Assembly: GCA_965216565.1 (NCBI GenBank)
Contig: OZ244170.1
Location: 2,400,001-2,464,000, forward strand
Source of the DNA: Bythopirellula sp.
GTDB lineage: Bacteria > Planctomycetota > Planctomycetia > Pirellulales > Lacipirellulaceae
Length of the DNA stretch: 64,000 bases
Reading direction: 5' to 3'
Part shown: piece after piece, positions 19,272-30,049 of the stretch
Numbering within the stretch: the stretch's first letter is position 1
Layout of the letters: each line of letters begins with the position of its first letter
Notes under the pieces: model-generated
What the model saw: the letters and a program-made list of their open reading frames with translations, nothing else
What the model was told of the DNA's origin: nothing
Database searches by the model: none
Position numbers and translations under genes: made by a program

Positions 19272-19658
19272 TCAGTTGGAAATCTTTAGTTGGACTGTCG
19301 GCTCTGATTGGCCCACAGGCTGCAGCCGAACCACAGCTTCTGTGTTTGCAGGAATGACGGCGGTGAGCGTTTCGCCCTCGGTGCTGGCGACGCCTGCGTA
19401 GGTATTTCGCGGTTCTTTCTCGAACGAAATGTCGTAGTCGACGTGTTCTGTTTTGTCCTGAGGATGAACATAAACAGAAATCGGTGCCCCTGGCGAACTG
19501 ACGATCACCTTGACGGTTTTCTCTTGGCTGAACGGACCGAAGACGATCGGTACGATTTCGCCCGCCTTCATCGTGACTTCGCGATTGTCTATCAGGCTGG
19601 GCGAGCAACCGCAACAGATTGATAACAGACAACAAAGCAGGATTTGTCGGATTCGCAT
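19272..19658 (-). CDS. Hypothetical lipoprotein
   Basis: GAGGT RBS; MRIRQILLCCLLSICCG-C lipoprotein-like signal; beta-rich body. Confidence 0.7.
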   Translation of the reverse strand: MRIRQILLCCLLSICCGCSPSLIDNREVTMKAGEIVPIVFGPFSQEKTVKVIVSSPGAPISVYVHPQDKTEHVDYDISFEKEPRNTYAGVASTEGETLTAVIPANTEAVVRLQPVGQSEPTVQLKISN

Positions 19659-19768
19659 GGCAACCTCACCACTGTTAGCAAAGGCAACTTCCTCATCGAC
19701 GTTAAGATCGACGTCAAGCAAGAGTATCCCGCAAGTGAGACTGCGAGTAAAGCAAGAAATCTGGGGAG

Positions 19769-20176
19769 TTAATCCGAATCTCTGGATAGGGCTGGCGTAG
19801 ATTTCAAGAACCGCACGACATCCGTCGCATCGATGAGCAGGGAGCCCATCGTCATGGCAATAGAAAAGGTTAACCAGATCTTGTAGCTATCGAACTCTGC
19901 TTCCCATGGAAATAGGTAGATCGAGACGGCCAGCATGGGGATCCAGGGAGCATGAATGATGCCGAGTAGTTTGGTGTAGCGTCCCTGTACTCGAATCAGT
20001 ACCAAGGCCAAAATCACAGCTGTGAAAGTCGCTACCAGCGTTACCACAGCCGTAAGCTGGGGGAGAAAGAACGCGGGAGCCACACCATTGGCCACCATCA
20101 ACAACATCATCCAACCCCGCCAAAAAGCACCTAGAGCCCAGGCACCTCGGACGAATTCGCGACATTCCTGGTACAT
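19769..20176 (-). CDS. Hypothetical 4-TM membrane protein
   Basis: GGAGG RBS before ATG 20176; four hydrophobic segments; TKLLGIIH.PWIP and IDATDV motifs. Confidence 0.7.
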   Translation of the reverse strand: MYQECREFVRGAWALGAFWRGWMMLLMVANGVAPAFFLPQLTAVVTLVATFTAVILALVLIRVQGRYTKLLGIIHAPWIPMLAVSIYLFPWEAEFDSYKIWLTFSIAMTMGSLLIDATDVVRFLKSTPALSRDSD

Positions 20177-20433
20177 CGTAAAACAACCTCCCAATTGCGG
20201 CTCGGGGCCCTTGGTCATTGCAGCAAAGAACCCAGTTTCAAGTGGTCGGGAACTCCTAGTTCTGGCACTTGTGAACAAGCTGCGAGACTGGTATTCTAGT
20301 GGATTCGATCAATAGCCCTATCGGCATTATGCTGGCAGCAACCAGCTGATGCACTTGAAAATTGACTTTCGAGCAGACGGGCCGAAAACTTACTCGGCTA
20401 GAAGACTCGGACGCTCAAACAGGAATCGTTGTT

Positions 20434-20676
20434 ATGCAAGCAGACATTCATCCAGACTACCACGAAACTAGCGTCACCTGCGGCTGCGGAAACAGCTTCA
20501 CGACTCGCAGCACTCGCAAAGAGCTGAAAGTCGATATCTGCAATGCCTGCCATCCCTTTTACACGGGCAAACTAAAATTCGTCGATACCGCTGGGCGGAT
20601 TGAGAAATTCAAGAATAAGTTTGCGGGTGGCTATGCAAGTTTGAAGAAGGGCAAAAAAGCCAAAGCTGAAGAATAA
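20434..20676 (+). CDS. rpmE: 50S ribosomal protein L31 (Zn-binding type)
   Basis: [35 protein letters not shown]. Confidence 0.97.
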   Translation: MQADIHPDYHETSVTCGCGNSFTTRSTRKELKVDICNACHPFYTGKLKFVDTAGRIEKFKNKFAGGYASLKKGKKAKAEE

Positions 20677-20696
20677 CTTCGACTGACCAATTCCAT

Positions 20697-20734
20697 TGGC
20701 CATTGCAAATATGAGGTTTGCGATGGCCATTTTT
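20697..20734 (+). terminator. Intrinsic terminator-like hairpin after rpmE
   Basis: TGGCCATTGCAAAT...GTTTGCGATGGCCA stem followed by TTTTT. Confidence 0.7.
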
Positions 20735-20767
20735 GCGTTTAGCAACCTTCATTCGTGAATCACTAGC

Positions 20768-21841
20768 ATGCGCGAACTACTGGAAAAACAACTCGCCCGC
20801 TTCGAGGAACTCGAACGACAGCTGGTCGATCCCGAAGTCCTGGGAAACTCTTCGCAACTAGCGGCAGTTGCGCGCGAACACGGTTCGCTGGCGAAGCTTG
20901 CGGGAAAGTATCGGCGCTTCAAGGAGTTGAATCAAGAAATCAGCGATGCTCGCGAAATGGCGGCCAGCGAGGATGCTGAGATGCGCGAGTTGGCCGAAGC
21001 CGAAGCTGAGCAGCTCGTCGAAGAGCGCGAATCGCTTTGGAGCGAGTTGCTCGAAATGACACTGGGCGGAGCCGACGCCAATCGGACTCGCTGCGTGATG
21101 GAAATCCGCGCCGGCACAGGGGGCGACGAAGCAGCGCTTTTTGCACGTGACTTGTACGAGATGTACAAACATCATGCGGAAAGCAAGAAATGGAAAGTCG
21201 AGATTCTCGACCACAGCCCGACCGAACTGGGCGGATTCAAAGAAATCTCGCTCGCTCTCGAAGGGGAGGGCGTGTTTCGAGAAATGCAATACGAGAGCGG
21301 CGGTCACCGTGTGCAACGCGTCCCAGAAACAGAGACTCAGGGGCGCATCCACACCTCAGCGGCAACAGTTGCTGTGATGGCAGAACCGGAAGATGTGGAA
21401 GTCAACATTAAGCCGGACGATTATCGATTGGATAAATTCAGCGCCAGCGGACCCGGTGGTCAGCACGTGAACAAGACCGAAAGCGCGGTGCGACTAACGC
21501 ACCACGAAACGGGAATTGTCGTTCAATGCCAGGACGAAAAAAGCCAGCACAAGAATTTGGCCAAAGCGCTTCGCGTCTTGAAGAGCCGCGTCTACGAGGC
21601 CAAACAACAGGAAGAACAAAAGAAACGTGCTGACGAGCGTAAGACGCTCGTCGGCTCTGGCGATCGCAGCCAGCGGATCCGCACTTACAATTTCCCCGAC
21701 AATCGGGTCACGGATCACCGTATCGGGCTCACCATCCACAAACTCGACCAAATTATCGCCGGCAACATGCAGATGGTGACCGACGGATTGATCGAGTACG
21801 ACCGACAACAACTGCGAGACTCGTTTAGCGTGGACGACTGA
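20768..21841 (+). CDS. prfA: Peptide chain release factor 1
   Basis: [21 protein letters not shown] (PxT), [28 protein letters not shown]. Confidence 0.97.
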   Translation: MRELLEKQLARFEELERQLVDPEVLGNSSQLAAVAREHGSLAKLAGKYRRFKELNQEISDAREMAASEDAEMRELAEAEAEQLVEERESLWSELLEMTLGGADANRTRCVMEIRAGTGGDEAALFARDLYEMYKHHAESKKWKVEILDHSPTELGGFKEISLALEGEGVFREMQYESGGHRVQRVPETETQGRIHTSAATVAVMAEPEDVEVNIKPDDYRLDKFSASGPGGQHVNKTESAVRLTHHETGIVVQCQDEKSQHKNLAKALRVLKSRVYEAKQQEEQKKRADERKTLVGSGDRSQRIRTYNFPDNRVTDHRIGLTIHKLDQIIAGNMQMVTDGLIEYDRQQLRDSFSVDD

Positions 21842-21920
21842 TTTCCTCAGTTTGCAGCATGGACCGTTTGCAAACATTCCGTTGCTGGGGTGCATGTGCA
21901 ATGCCTATGATCGAAGTCAA

Positions 21921-22793
21921 ATGAATGACGAACCCTGGACCATTGGTCGGCTATTACAATGGACGACGGACTTTCTTCGCGAAAAGGGCGCTGACAATCC
22001 GCGGCTGGATGCAGAAGTCCTGCTAGCGCACGCCTGCGATTGTCCTCGCATCCAGTTGTATACCACGTTCGATGATGAGCCCTCGGAGCAAACACGCACT
22101 TCCTACCGCGAGTTGGTAAAGCGACGTGCCGCGGGCACCCCAGTTGCCTATCTAGTGGGGCATCGTGAGTTTTTTTCGCTCACCTTCGAAGTCACCCCCG
22201 ATGTGCTAATCCCGCGCCCCGAAACTGAGCAGCTTGTTGTGCGCGCGATAGATCTCGCAAAAGAAGCCCGGGTCGCTTCGATTGCTGACGTGGGAACAGG
22301 CAGTGGCATCCTCGCCGTATGTTGTGCAAAGCATTTACCGCTGGCCAGTGTGACAGCCATTGATATTAGCGCAACTGCCCTTGCAGTGGCCACCAGAAAT
22401 GCGGAGCGGCACAGTGTCGCCGAGCGAATCACATTCGTAGAGAGTAATCTGTTCGAGAACTTGCCAAACCAACAACAATTCGACCTGATCCTCAGCAACC
22501 CACCTTATGTTTCTACCGAGGAGATGGCTGAGCTTGATCCAGAAGTTCGCGACTTCGAGCCGCATCTCGCCCTCGATGGGGGAGTGCAGGGCATGGAAAT
22601 TGTTGAGAGGCTATTGAAGCAATCCGTGGATCGCTTACGTCCCGACGGTTGGCTTCTCATCGAAGTGAGCCCGATGAATGCCAAGCGAGTGGAACAGCTT
22701 GTCGACGAAATGACTGGCCTCAATCGACAAGCCACCCTTAACGACTTGGCAGGCCATGCCCGCGTGATTCAAGTAACCCGAGCTTCGTCCTAG
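21921..22793 (+). CDS. prmC: Release factor glutamine N5-methyltransferase
   Basis: PVAYLVG, VLIPRPETE, DVGTGSG, SNPPYV, EPHLALDGG; follows prfA. Confidence 0.95.
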   Translation: MNDEPWTIGRLLQWTTDFLREKGADNPRLDAEVLLAHACDCPRIQLYTTFDDEPSEQTRTSYRELVKRRAAGTPVAYLVGHREFFSLTFEVTPDVLIPRPETEQLVVRAIDLAKEARVASIADVGTGSGILAVCCAKHLPLASVTAIDISATALAVATRNAERHSVAERITFVESNLFENLPNQQQFDLILSNPPYVSTEEMAELDPEVRDFEPHLALDGGVQGMEIVERLLKQSVDRLRPDGWLLIEVSPMNAKRVEQLVDEMTGLNRQATLNDLAGHARVIQVTRASS

Positions 22794-23115
22794 GATTAGG
22801 AAATCTCGGCATCAGTAAAATATCCAGTTAAGCTACGAATATTTATTCTTTAACTTACATATCAAGTGCGACAGATTGTCGCCGATGTCTCTTGGGCGTC
22901 TCCTTTGCAAGTCACTTCTCGGGTTGCACATGGATCCTAATGGTAGAGAATAAACTGCAACTTATCTGCAGGGTGGAAACAGTTCCGCGAATTCTTTTGG
23001 CTATTTTGCAGGTACGCAATTTTGCAGGTACTCTGACGCTTGAATGGTCTTGTAAGTCAAGTTGTATCGCAATTCCCTATAAAGAAACGCAATAACAAAG
23101 AGAGTTGGTGTCACT

Positions 23116-23601
23116 ATGTCCACGCCTAAACCTCCTCCATCGCCACTCCCAGTTCCTCCCCAAAAACCTTTGCCTCACCCTGGCCCCCAGCCTCCCCCAT
23201 CGGTGCCCGTCCCACCAAGTCCACGTCCACCAAAGCCGAAACCGGTGATGGATGCAGCCGTCGATTGGTTGGTTTCCAAGGCTACGCAAATTGATCCCGC
23301 GTGGCATGTTAAGAATTCACACCTTCGACGAATTGGCTTCAGCCAACCGGCTTTGCAATCGGTGCCCGATCCTGATCCTAAGAGACCGAATCCCGCAATC
23401 GAACCGGGAACCGACGTGCCCAAACCCTCCGAGCCCACGAAAGATTCGCCCAGCCCCAGCCAATCGCCCAGCAGCCCTCGACCGAGTAGCACACCTCCCA
23501 CCGATCCGGGACCCAACTCTCCAGGGCCAGAAACTCCTGTGTTTTTTCTACCTCCGCTCCGCCCCACGAAAAAAATCCGAAGCCGATACATAAGCACATG
23601 A
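23116..23601 (+). CDS. Proline-rich hypothetical protein
   Basis: 161-codon ORF with Pro/Ser-rich termini and a short ordered-looking core (MDAAVDWLVSKATQIDPAW). Confidence 0.5.
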   Translation: MSTPKPPPSPLPVPPQKPLPHPGPQPPPSVPVPPSPRPPKPKPVMDAAVDWLVSKATQIDPAWHVKNSHLRRIGFSQPALQSVPDPDPKRPNPAIEPGTDVPKPSEPTKDSPSPSQSPSSPRPSSTPPTDPGPNSPGPETPVFFLPPLRPTKKIRSRYIST

Positions 23602-23679
23602 ATCTAAAGCTGCTCTTATCACGACGTGATGCCCCTTTGTTGTAGATTCGATCCACCCTTTTCGATTTATTGAACTTTC

Positions 23680-24924
23680 ATGAAACCGATATATCTCGCA
23701 TCTGTTGTTTGGTTTTTCTTCGCGGCCATTCCTGTAATGGCTCAAGACAGTTCGAATACCGAATCTGGCGAAGAGGCTAATAATGCCCAGACCGAAGAGC
23801 CCGATGTTGTTGAAAAAGTATCCGTCAACGAAGTGACGCCCGACGGTGCCATCCGGGATCGGCTTGTCAATATCTTAGCTGCGACGGAATGGTTCGAGGA
23901 TATCGAGGTTGATGTCCGCGACAGTGTCGCTTTTCTCGATGGCAAAGCCACAGATGACGAACAAAAGGAGTGGGCCGGACAATTGGCTCGAAATACCGAG
24001 GGCGTCGCTGCGGTGGTGAATCGGATTGGCGTTGAAAAAACGGTAGACTTTCCGGGAGCCTTTGACGTAGTCACCAGCAGTGTAAAGAGCCTTTGGAAAG
24101 ATTTTCTGGCGCGCTCGCCACTTATCCTGGCTGGTGTCCTCGCTCTGCTTGTGACAGGACTAATTAGCAAAGCTGCGGGTTTCGTCGTGAAGCGACTCTC
24201 CCAAAGAAGCCGCCTCCGCACCAGCTTACAAGACTTAATTCTGCAGCTGTTCACAATCGGAATATGGACTGCAGGGCTACTGGTGGCCGCCGTCATCATG
24301 TTTCCAGGAATGACCCCAGCCAAGGCACTCACCGTGCTGGGACTGGGTTCGGTGGCGATCGGCTTTGCTTTCAAAGATATCTTTGAAAACTTTTTCGCTG
24401 GCATTCTAATCCTGTGGAAGTATCCCTTTGATCGAGGCGACTTCATCGAGTCGGGTAATGTCAACGGACGCATCGAAGAGATTACGATCAGGAACACGAT
24501 GATTCGGCAAGTCGACGGGCAACTTGTGGTGGTGCCCAATGCAATGCTTTTCAAGAATGCAGTAGATGTTCTTACCAATCGTTCGTCCCGCCGCACCACC
24601 GTCATGTGCGGGGTGGCCTACGATACGAATTTGGATCAGGCCCAGGAAATCCTAGAGAACACGCTGAAAGGCTGTGAAACGGTCCGCGAGGGACAGGCCG
24701 TAGAAGTTTTCGCACGCGAGTTTGGCGATTCGAGTATTAATTTCGAACTAACCTGGTGGACCGGTTCCACTCCGCTTGATATTCGAAAGTCGCAGGATGA
24801 GGTGGTTCGTGCTGTAAAACTTGCCTTGGACGAAGCAGGCATTGAGATTCCATTCCCACAACGTACTCTCTGGTCCCCGGATCCATTACGGATAGAACAG
24901 TCAAATCAAACCTCTGCAGAGTGA
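23680..24924 (+). CDS. BON-domain small-conductance mechanosensitive channel (MscS family)
   Basis: Signal peptide; BON-like domain (V.VRDSVAFLDG...GVAAVVNRI); GFAFKDIFENFFAG, PFDRGDFI, GIEIPFPQR. Confidence 0.9.
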   Translation: MKPIYLASVVWFFFAAIPVMAQDSSNTESGEEANNAQTEEPDVVEKVSVNEVTPDGAIRDRLVNILAATEWFEDIEVDVRDSVAFLDGKATDDEQKEWAGQLARNTEGVAAVVNRIGVEKTVDFPGAFDVVTSSVKSLWKDFLARSPLILAGVLALLVTGLISKAAGFVVKRLSQRSRLRTSLQDLILQLFTIGIWTAGLLVAAVIMFPGMTPAKALTVLGLGSVAIGFAFKDIFENFFAGILILWKYPFDRGDFIESGNVNGRIEEITIRNTMIRQVDGQLVVVPNAMLFKNAVDVLTNRSSRRTTVMCGVAYDTNLDQAQEILENTLKGCETVREGQAVEVFAREFGDSSINFELTWWTGSTPLDIRKSQDEVVRAVKLALDEAGIEIPFPQRTLWSPDPLRIEQSNQTSAE

Positions 24925-25009
24925 TCTGTAGTAGCATGCGTTTTGCAACTCTCTCTCAACGTGCATTTTGTTGCATACGACATATAAAACGATTGTGAGC
25001 GAAACCACG

Positions 25010-25609
25010 ATGAGCGCTGAAGAGAAATTCCCAAATTTATTGGTTGTTATTGGCGCATCTGCCGGAGGCCTGCAACCCATCAAGACTATTCTTGGTGAGT
25101 TACCAGAAGATTTGCAAGCCACAGTGATTGTTGCCACGCATCGAGACCCCGCACTTCACGACAACGTACTTGCCGATATCCTCGAGCGAGCCACAGACAT
25201 GGATGTTCAGGAGCCATTGGAAAACGATCACCTCAATTGCGCGACCATCTACGTGGGTAAGCCGAAAGATACGGTATCTGTGGAAGGAAAGAGTATTCAT
25301 CTCAAGCGACTTTTTGATGCTTTTGGTCGGCTTCATCGCATAGATGATTTATTCCTATCTGCAGCAGAAAGTGCTAGAGAGAATACAGTGGGAATCATCC
25401 TTTCTGGAATGCTGTACGACGGCGTACAGGGTCTAGAGGCGATCGCCGATGAAGGTGGCAAGTGTATCGTTCAAGATCCCGCTGAGGCACGGTTTGATTC
25501 GATGCCAAAAAATGCCTTAGCGGCAGTCGATGTCGATTTTGTGGGCTCAGCCGAAGAGATTGCCGAGCTGTTGATCCAACTTGCTGCGGACCGAAGTTGT
25601 CAAGGATGA
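25010..25609 (+). CDS. Stand-alone CheB-type methylesterase domain protein
   Basis: VVIGASAGG (Ser), ATH (His), ILSG..DGVQGL (Asp), QDP.EA.FDSMP; no receiver domain. Confidence 0.88.
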   Translation: MSAEEKFPNLLVVIGASAGGLQPIKTILGELPEDLQATVIVATHRDPALHDNVLADILERATDMDVQEPLENDHLNCATIYVGKPKDTVSVEGKSIHLKRLFDAFGRLHRIDDLFLSAAESARENTVGIILSGMLYDGVQGLEAIADEGGKCIVQDPAEARFDSMPKNALAAVDVDFVGSAEEIAELLIQLAADRSCQG

Positions 25610-25740
25610 TTAGCTTATCAGCGGTAACAACTGAGTTCGGCCAAATGAAGCACTTCTCAGTTCCCTACTGACATCAACACTCATCAATGCCGACGGCTGC
25701 ATAGAGTAATGCCCACCCACATCAGCGAGATTCCTGCTGC

Positions 25741-27102
25741 ATGAGAACCTATCTGCTTCATCTCTGGGATACTATCCGGACCAGCTATTGGTTCGTTCCT
25801 TCATTATTCGCAATTTCGGCAATCGTGCTTGCAACAGTTCTTCCACTGCTTGATGAGCACTTTGTGAGTTCCGAAAGAGAACTTCCCGAATGGGTTTTAA
25901 CGACCACCGATACTGCTCGCACTACGCTCTCAGCGATGGCAGGAGCCATGATCGCTGTTACCGGTACCGTGTTCTCGATCACGATTGTCACTCTATCGCT
26001 AACTTCTCAACAATTCGGACCCAGGCTGCTTCGGCGGTTCATGTACGACTTGGCAACGCAGTTGACTCTGGGTTTGTTTCTATCAACGGGATTTTACTGT
26101 TTGCTAATTTTAAGAGTTGTCGAAAGCAAAGAGGATGGCCTTATTGCTCCCCACATTTCTGTACTCGCCGCCGTGGGGTTCGCAGTCTTAAGTATGGGGA
26201 TGCTGATCGTATTCATTCATCATATCGCGATGCTTATCCAGGCTCCTAATGTGGTTGCGGCTGTAGCCGATGACTTAGACGACGCCATCGTGCGACTCTT
26301 TCCAGAGAAAATTGGCGAAGCACTTTCCGAGAGCGAGGAAAAACTAGAAGATCGACCTGAGTTCAAGAAACTTGCAGCCAAAGACCCATTCATCGTAAGA
26401 TCAAATTTGATCGGGTACGTCCAGGCGATCGATGGAAAAGGTCTCATCGAGCAGGCGATTGAAAAAGATCTGATTATCAATCTCCGCTCCCAACCGGGTC
26501 ATTTCATATCAGAAGGCACCACGCTTGCCGAAGTATGGCCTGCAAAGACCCGAGATTCTGAGAAGCTTGACGAAGAGGAACTCTCAGAACTGCTGAATGA
26601 GACCTTCATCACTGGAGTCCGCAGGACGCCCAGGCAGGATTTGAACTGCGCCGTCGAAGAATTAGTTGAAGTGGCTGTACGCTCGCTGTCGCCTGGTATT
26701 AACGATCCCGTCACGGCAATGAATTGCATCGACTATCTTGGCGCAGCACTTAGTCAGCTGGCAGAAAGAAAGCTTCCGGGAGCATATCGCTGCGATCAGG
26801 AAGGTCGGCTACGCGTTATCGCACGACCTCTTGAATTCTCAAATGTAATTGATGCCGCCTTTAATCAGATTCGACAGTATGGCCGTGATAGCGTGGCAGT
26901 CATAATTCGTCTTCTAGAAACATTGACCTTCGTCGCAGAACACATTTCTCGTGATGAAGATCGAGCGGCGGTAAAGCGTCACGGGGAAATGATCTTCCAA
27001 ACGGCCGAGAGCATTCCGCAAGAATTCGATCAGAATGATATCCACGAACGATACGAAGCTCTTAAGAAAGCATTGGAGAAAAAGGCCAACTGTGCTGAAT
27101 AA
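25741..27102 (+). CDS. DUF2254-family membrane protein
   Basis: SYWFVP, FSITIVTLSLTSQQFGPRLLR, GYVQAID, RTPRQD, RSLSPGINDPVTA. Confidence 0.88.
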   Translation: MRTYLLHLWDTIRTSYWFVPSLFAISAIVLATVLPLLDEHFVSSERELPEWVLTTTDTARTTLSAMAGAMIAVTGTVFSITIVTLSLTSQQFGPRLLRRFMYDLATQLTLGLFLSTGFYCLLILRVVESKEDGLIAPHISVLAAVGFAVLSMGMLIVFIHHIAMLIQAPNVVAAVADDLDDAIVRLFPEKIGEALSESEEKLEDRPEFKKLAAKDPFIVRSNLIGYVQAIDGKGLIEQAIEKDLIINLRSQPGHFISEGTTLAEVWPAKTRDSEKLDEEELSELLNETFITGVRRTPRQDLNCAVEELVEVAVRSLSPGINDPVTAMNCIDYLGAALSQLAERKLPGAYRCDQEGRLRVIARPLEFSNVIDAAFNQIRQYGRDSVAVIIRLLETLTFVAEHISRDEDRAAVKRHGEMIFQTAESIPQEFDQNDIHERYEALKKALEKKANCAE

Positions 27103-27123
27103 GACCCCAAGTCTCGGTTCAAT

Positions 27124-28551
27124 CTATTGGCGACCGAGTTCCTTGACCTGCCGAGCTTCCGGACGCTCTTTGTAAAAACTATCCAGCGGATAGCAGCCCG
27201 AAACCATGCCGTTGCGTGGTGCCGTGGTGCAATCGCTAAATGTGCGACAGATCTTCTTCCGCTGATATGGTTTTCCGGCCAGCACGGCAACGGGCAATTC
27301 GGGATAAGAGAGAACCATTCGGCCTAGTCCCACCGAATCGACCATTCCTTGCCGAACTACGCTTTGAGCGACGTGTCCCAACCAATCTTGTAAGTAGCTG
27401 TAGCCCGAACCAACGACGATCAACTCTGGGTGACGTTTCTTGAGTTGGGCAGTCGCGTTGATCTGACGCGCCACACCAATCAGTGGGTCCTCAGGTGGCA
27501 GATAACCGTCCGAGGGCGGAAATGCTGCGGGCCGTAAGATATGGGGATTGTAATAAGGACTCCCTGCCGAGGTGCAAACGAGCTTAATCCTAAGTTCACT
27601 TAACAAAGTCATGAATTTTTCTGGCTCCGTCAAGTCGATGCCCTGCCCACTGCCATCTCCTCCGAAAGCGTAATCGTAAGAGTTCCCGTGTGACGGCACG
27701 CCCACTTCATCTGCGCCCCGTTGGAAGGGAATAAAATCGAAGATGCTGACTCTCACCCCCAATTCCAAGCCCGGAGCCTCAGATCGGATCCCCGCACAGA
27801 TTTGTCGTAGAAAATTCGTTCGACCTTCGAAACTTCCTCCGTAACGACCGGTTCGGTCGAAAGCAGACAATAGTTCGTGCCCCAAATAACCGTGACAGTG
27901 CTTGATGTCGACAAATGAATAGCCGGCCTGTTGAGCTAGTTTTGCTGCATCTACGAAATCGTCTACTAAGCGGTCTAGCTCTTCGTCTGAGAGCACAGGT
28001 GCTTCATCTTTCACCCCAACTCGTGCATCGAGAATAGGATGAGGGTAGGCGATTCTAGGTTCCGGCAAATCTTTCTTATTGGGTCGGGCGAATCTGCCTG
28101 AATGGGTTAACTGGAGCCCCACCAACAGATCGTTGACCTGGCCAATACTATCTTGGTGAGCTTGTTCTAGCTCAATCCTCAAAGACTCAATGGAACTAAC
28201 GGTCGAATCGTTGATTAAGAGTTGGTTCGGGTTGGCTCTACCGTCAGGGCGAACTGCCACTGCTTCGCCGCCCCAAATCAACTTGGCTCCACTCTTGCCG
28301 AAGTTTCGCCAACGCCTGCGGGTCAGCTCGGTCGGTGTGCCGTCCCGCTCGCCATCCCAGCCCTCCATAGGCAAAATGCAAAAGCGGTTGCCAATTTTCT
28401 GATTCCCTAATTCAAGTGAGCTCGCCAGCGGTGCATCGCTGTTGGTCTGTAATTCCTCATCAATAGGAATATTGATTCCCAGCGACGCTTCGTGGTCGCG
28501 GAAAGATTCGACCGTCTTGATACTGGCAATTTTGGGGAAGCTCACGGACAA
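27124..28551 (-). CDS. NADH:flavin oxidoreductase (old yellow enzyme-like)
   Basis: NRF...[31 protein letters not shown]; start codon uncertain. Confidence 0.85.
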   Translation of the reverse strand: MSVSFPKIASIKTVESFRDHEASLGINIPIDEELQTNSDAPLASSLELGNQKIGNRFCILPMEGWDGERDGTPTELTRRRWRNFGKSGAKLIWGGEAVAVRPDGRANPNQLLINDSTVSSIESLRIELEQAHQDSIGQVNDLLVGLQLTHSGRFARPNKKDLPEPRIAYPHPILDARVGVKDEAPVLSDEELDRLVDDFVDAAKLAQQAGYSFVDIKHCHGYLGHELLSAFDRTGRYGGSFEGRTNFLRQICAGIRSEAPGLELGVRVSIFDFIPFQRGADEVGVPSHGNSYDYAFGGDGSGQGIDLTEPEKFMTLLSELRIKLVCTSAGSPYYNPHILRPAAFPPSDGYLPPEDPLIGVARQINATAQLKKRHPELIVVGSGYSYLQDWLGHVAQSVVRQGMVDSVGLGRMVLSYPELPVAVLAGKPYQRKKICRTFSDCTTAPRNGMVSGCYPLDSFYKERPEARQVKELGRQ

Positions 28552-28556
28552 TTCCT

Positions 28557-29192
28557 TTATTCATCAGTCGCCAGTTTCACAGCCTCACGAGCCAATTGCT
28601 CGATTTGGGAAAAGTCGCCTGCTGTGATGAGATTGGATTTCACCATCCAACTACCGCCACAAGCGATCACGCTATTGATTGCCAAATAGTCTCGCAAGTT
28701 ACCGGCATGAATTCCCCCAGTAGGGATGAATCGGACCATCCCGTAAGGAGCAGATATCGCCTTGAGAGTCGCAACTCCCCCGCAACCCTCGGCAGGGAAA
28801 AACTTGACGACGCTTAGTCCCAGTTCCATTGCCATCTCAACGTCCGTGGGCGTGCTGATGCCGGGAAAAATAGGGAGCTCAATTTCCTGGCAATGACGCG
28901 CTACGGTTGGGTTGAACCCCGGTGACACAGCGAATTTCGCCCCTGCATCTAAGGCTCTATCTGCCTGCTCCGTGGTTAAGACCGTTCCCGCACCAACCAG
29001 TACGTCATCGCGTCTAGCCATCGTTCGTATCGACTCTTCCGCAGCCTCCGTACGGAACGTCACTTCAGCGACAGGCAATCCACCGGCGACCAATGCGTCG
29101 GCCAATGCCCCCGCATCCGTCGAGTTTTCCAAAGCAATCACCGGGATTACTCTTAGCTCACTTAGTGTTTCAACAATGATGTCGGTTTGCAT
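28557..29192 (-). CDS. eda: KDPG/KHG aldolase
   Basis: AEVTFRT, VGAGTV, AVSPG, TPTD, KFFPAE, PTGGI, GGSW. Confidence 0.95.
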   Translation of the reverse strand: MQTDIIVETLSELRVIPVIALENSTDAGALADALVAGGLPVAEVTFRTEAAEESIRTMARRDDVLVGAGTVLTTEQADRALDAGAKFAVSPGFNPTVARHCQEIELPIFPGISTPTDVEMAMELGLSVVKFFPAEGCGGVATLKAISAPYGMVRFIPTGGIHAGNLRDYLAINSVIACGGSWMVKSNLITAGDFSQIEQLAREAVKLATDE

Positions 29193-29219
29193 TGTGTAGG
29201 ACTCTGCTAGTAAGTTCTG

Positions 29220-30002
29220 TTATAGACGGCTTACCGTGAGGCCCCCATCAACGGGAATCACCGCTCCCGTCGAATAGGAAAGCGCACCGCTAGCCAGAAT
29301 CGAAACGGCCCGTCCCACATCGTCTGGTTTGCCCCAGCGGGGATCGATAGTGAGCCCAGACGCCAACAACTTGTCGTATTTTTCACTAACGCCGGCGGTC
29401 ATGTCGGTTTTGATGATCCCTGGTCGTACTTCATAGACGGGTATGCCATACTCGCCTAAGCGCATTGCCCACAACTGCGTCGCCATGGCGACACCTGCTT
29501 TGGAAATGCAGTATTCCCCACGGTTCACAGAAGCAATGGCCGCGCTGATCGACGATACGTTGATAATCGAGCCTTGAAATTGCTCATTCTGCTGACGTTG
29601 TTCGACCATCCAGCGAGCGACGCGCTGCGTGAGAAAATAAGGCCCCCGCAAATTGATCTTCATGAGGCGATCGAAACTCTCTGGAGTTGCTTCCATCACG
29701 TCGGTACGTTGCTCGGGTGCCACTCCCGCATTGTTGACCAGTACATCCAGCCGCCCGAACTTTTGCTCAACCTCGTTGATCATCCCTTCGTGTTCAGCGA
29801 GTTCGCCGATGTCAGATTGGCAATAGAGGGGCTCTCCACCCAGTTGCTCGAGTTGCCCTAGCACTTCGCTCACATCATTGGCGGGGCGTCTGCCATTTAT
29901 AACCACGCGCAGTCCATCTCGTGCGAGGTGTTTGGCAATTCCAAAACCGATCCCGCGGCTACCACCGGTAATAAGCGCAACTCTCTTCTCTCCACTCTTC
30001 AT
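29220..30002 (-). CDS. Short-chain dehydrogenase/reductase
   Basis: TGGSRGIG, NNAG, SS, YCISK (YxxxK), PGIIKTDMT. Confidence 0.9.
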   Translation of the reverse strand: MKSGEKRVALITGGSRGIGFGIAKHLARDGLRVVINGRRPANDVSEVLGQLEQLGGEPLYCQSDIGELAEHEGMINEVEQKFGRLDVLVNNAGVAPEQRTDVMEATPESFDRLMKINLRGPYFLTQRVARWMVEQRQQNEQFQGSIINVSSISAAIASVNRGEYCISKAGVAMATQLWAMRLGEYGIPVYEVRPGIIKTDMTAGVSEKYDKLLASGLTIDPRWGKPDDVGRAVSILASGALSYSTGAVIPVDGGLTVSRL

Positions 30003-30049
30003 TGAATACTCGTGTCGCTTCTTCGGTTATTGAGGTTCAGACTAGTCGA

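Noticed and set aside
20768..21841. Programmed frameshift as in prfB
   Set aside because: The ORF is continuous and carries the RF1 PxT motif.
23742..24605. Long antisense ORFs (e.g. 287 aa here, 243 aa at 13154..13885, 242 aa at 45436..46164)
   Set aside because: Shadow ORFs opposite well-supported genes, with no recognisable motifs.
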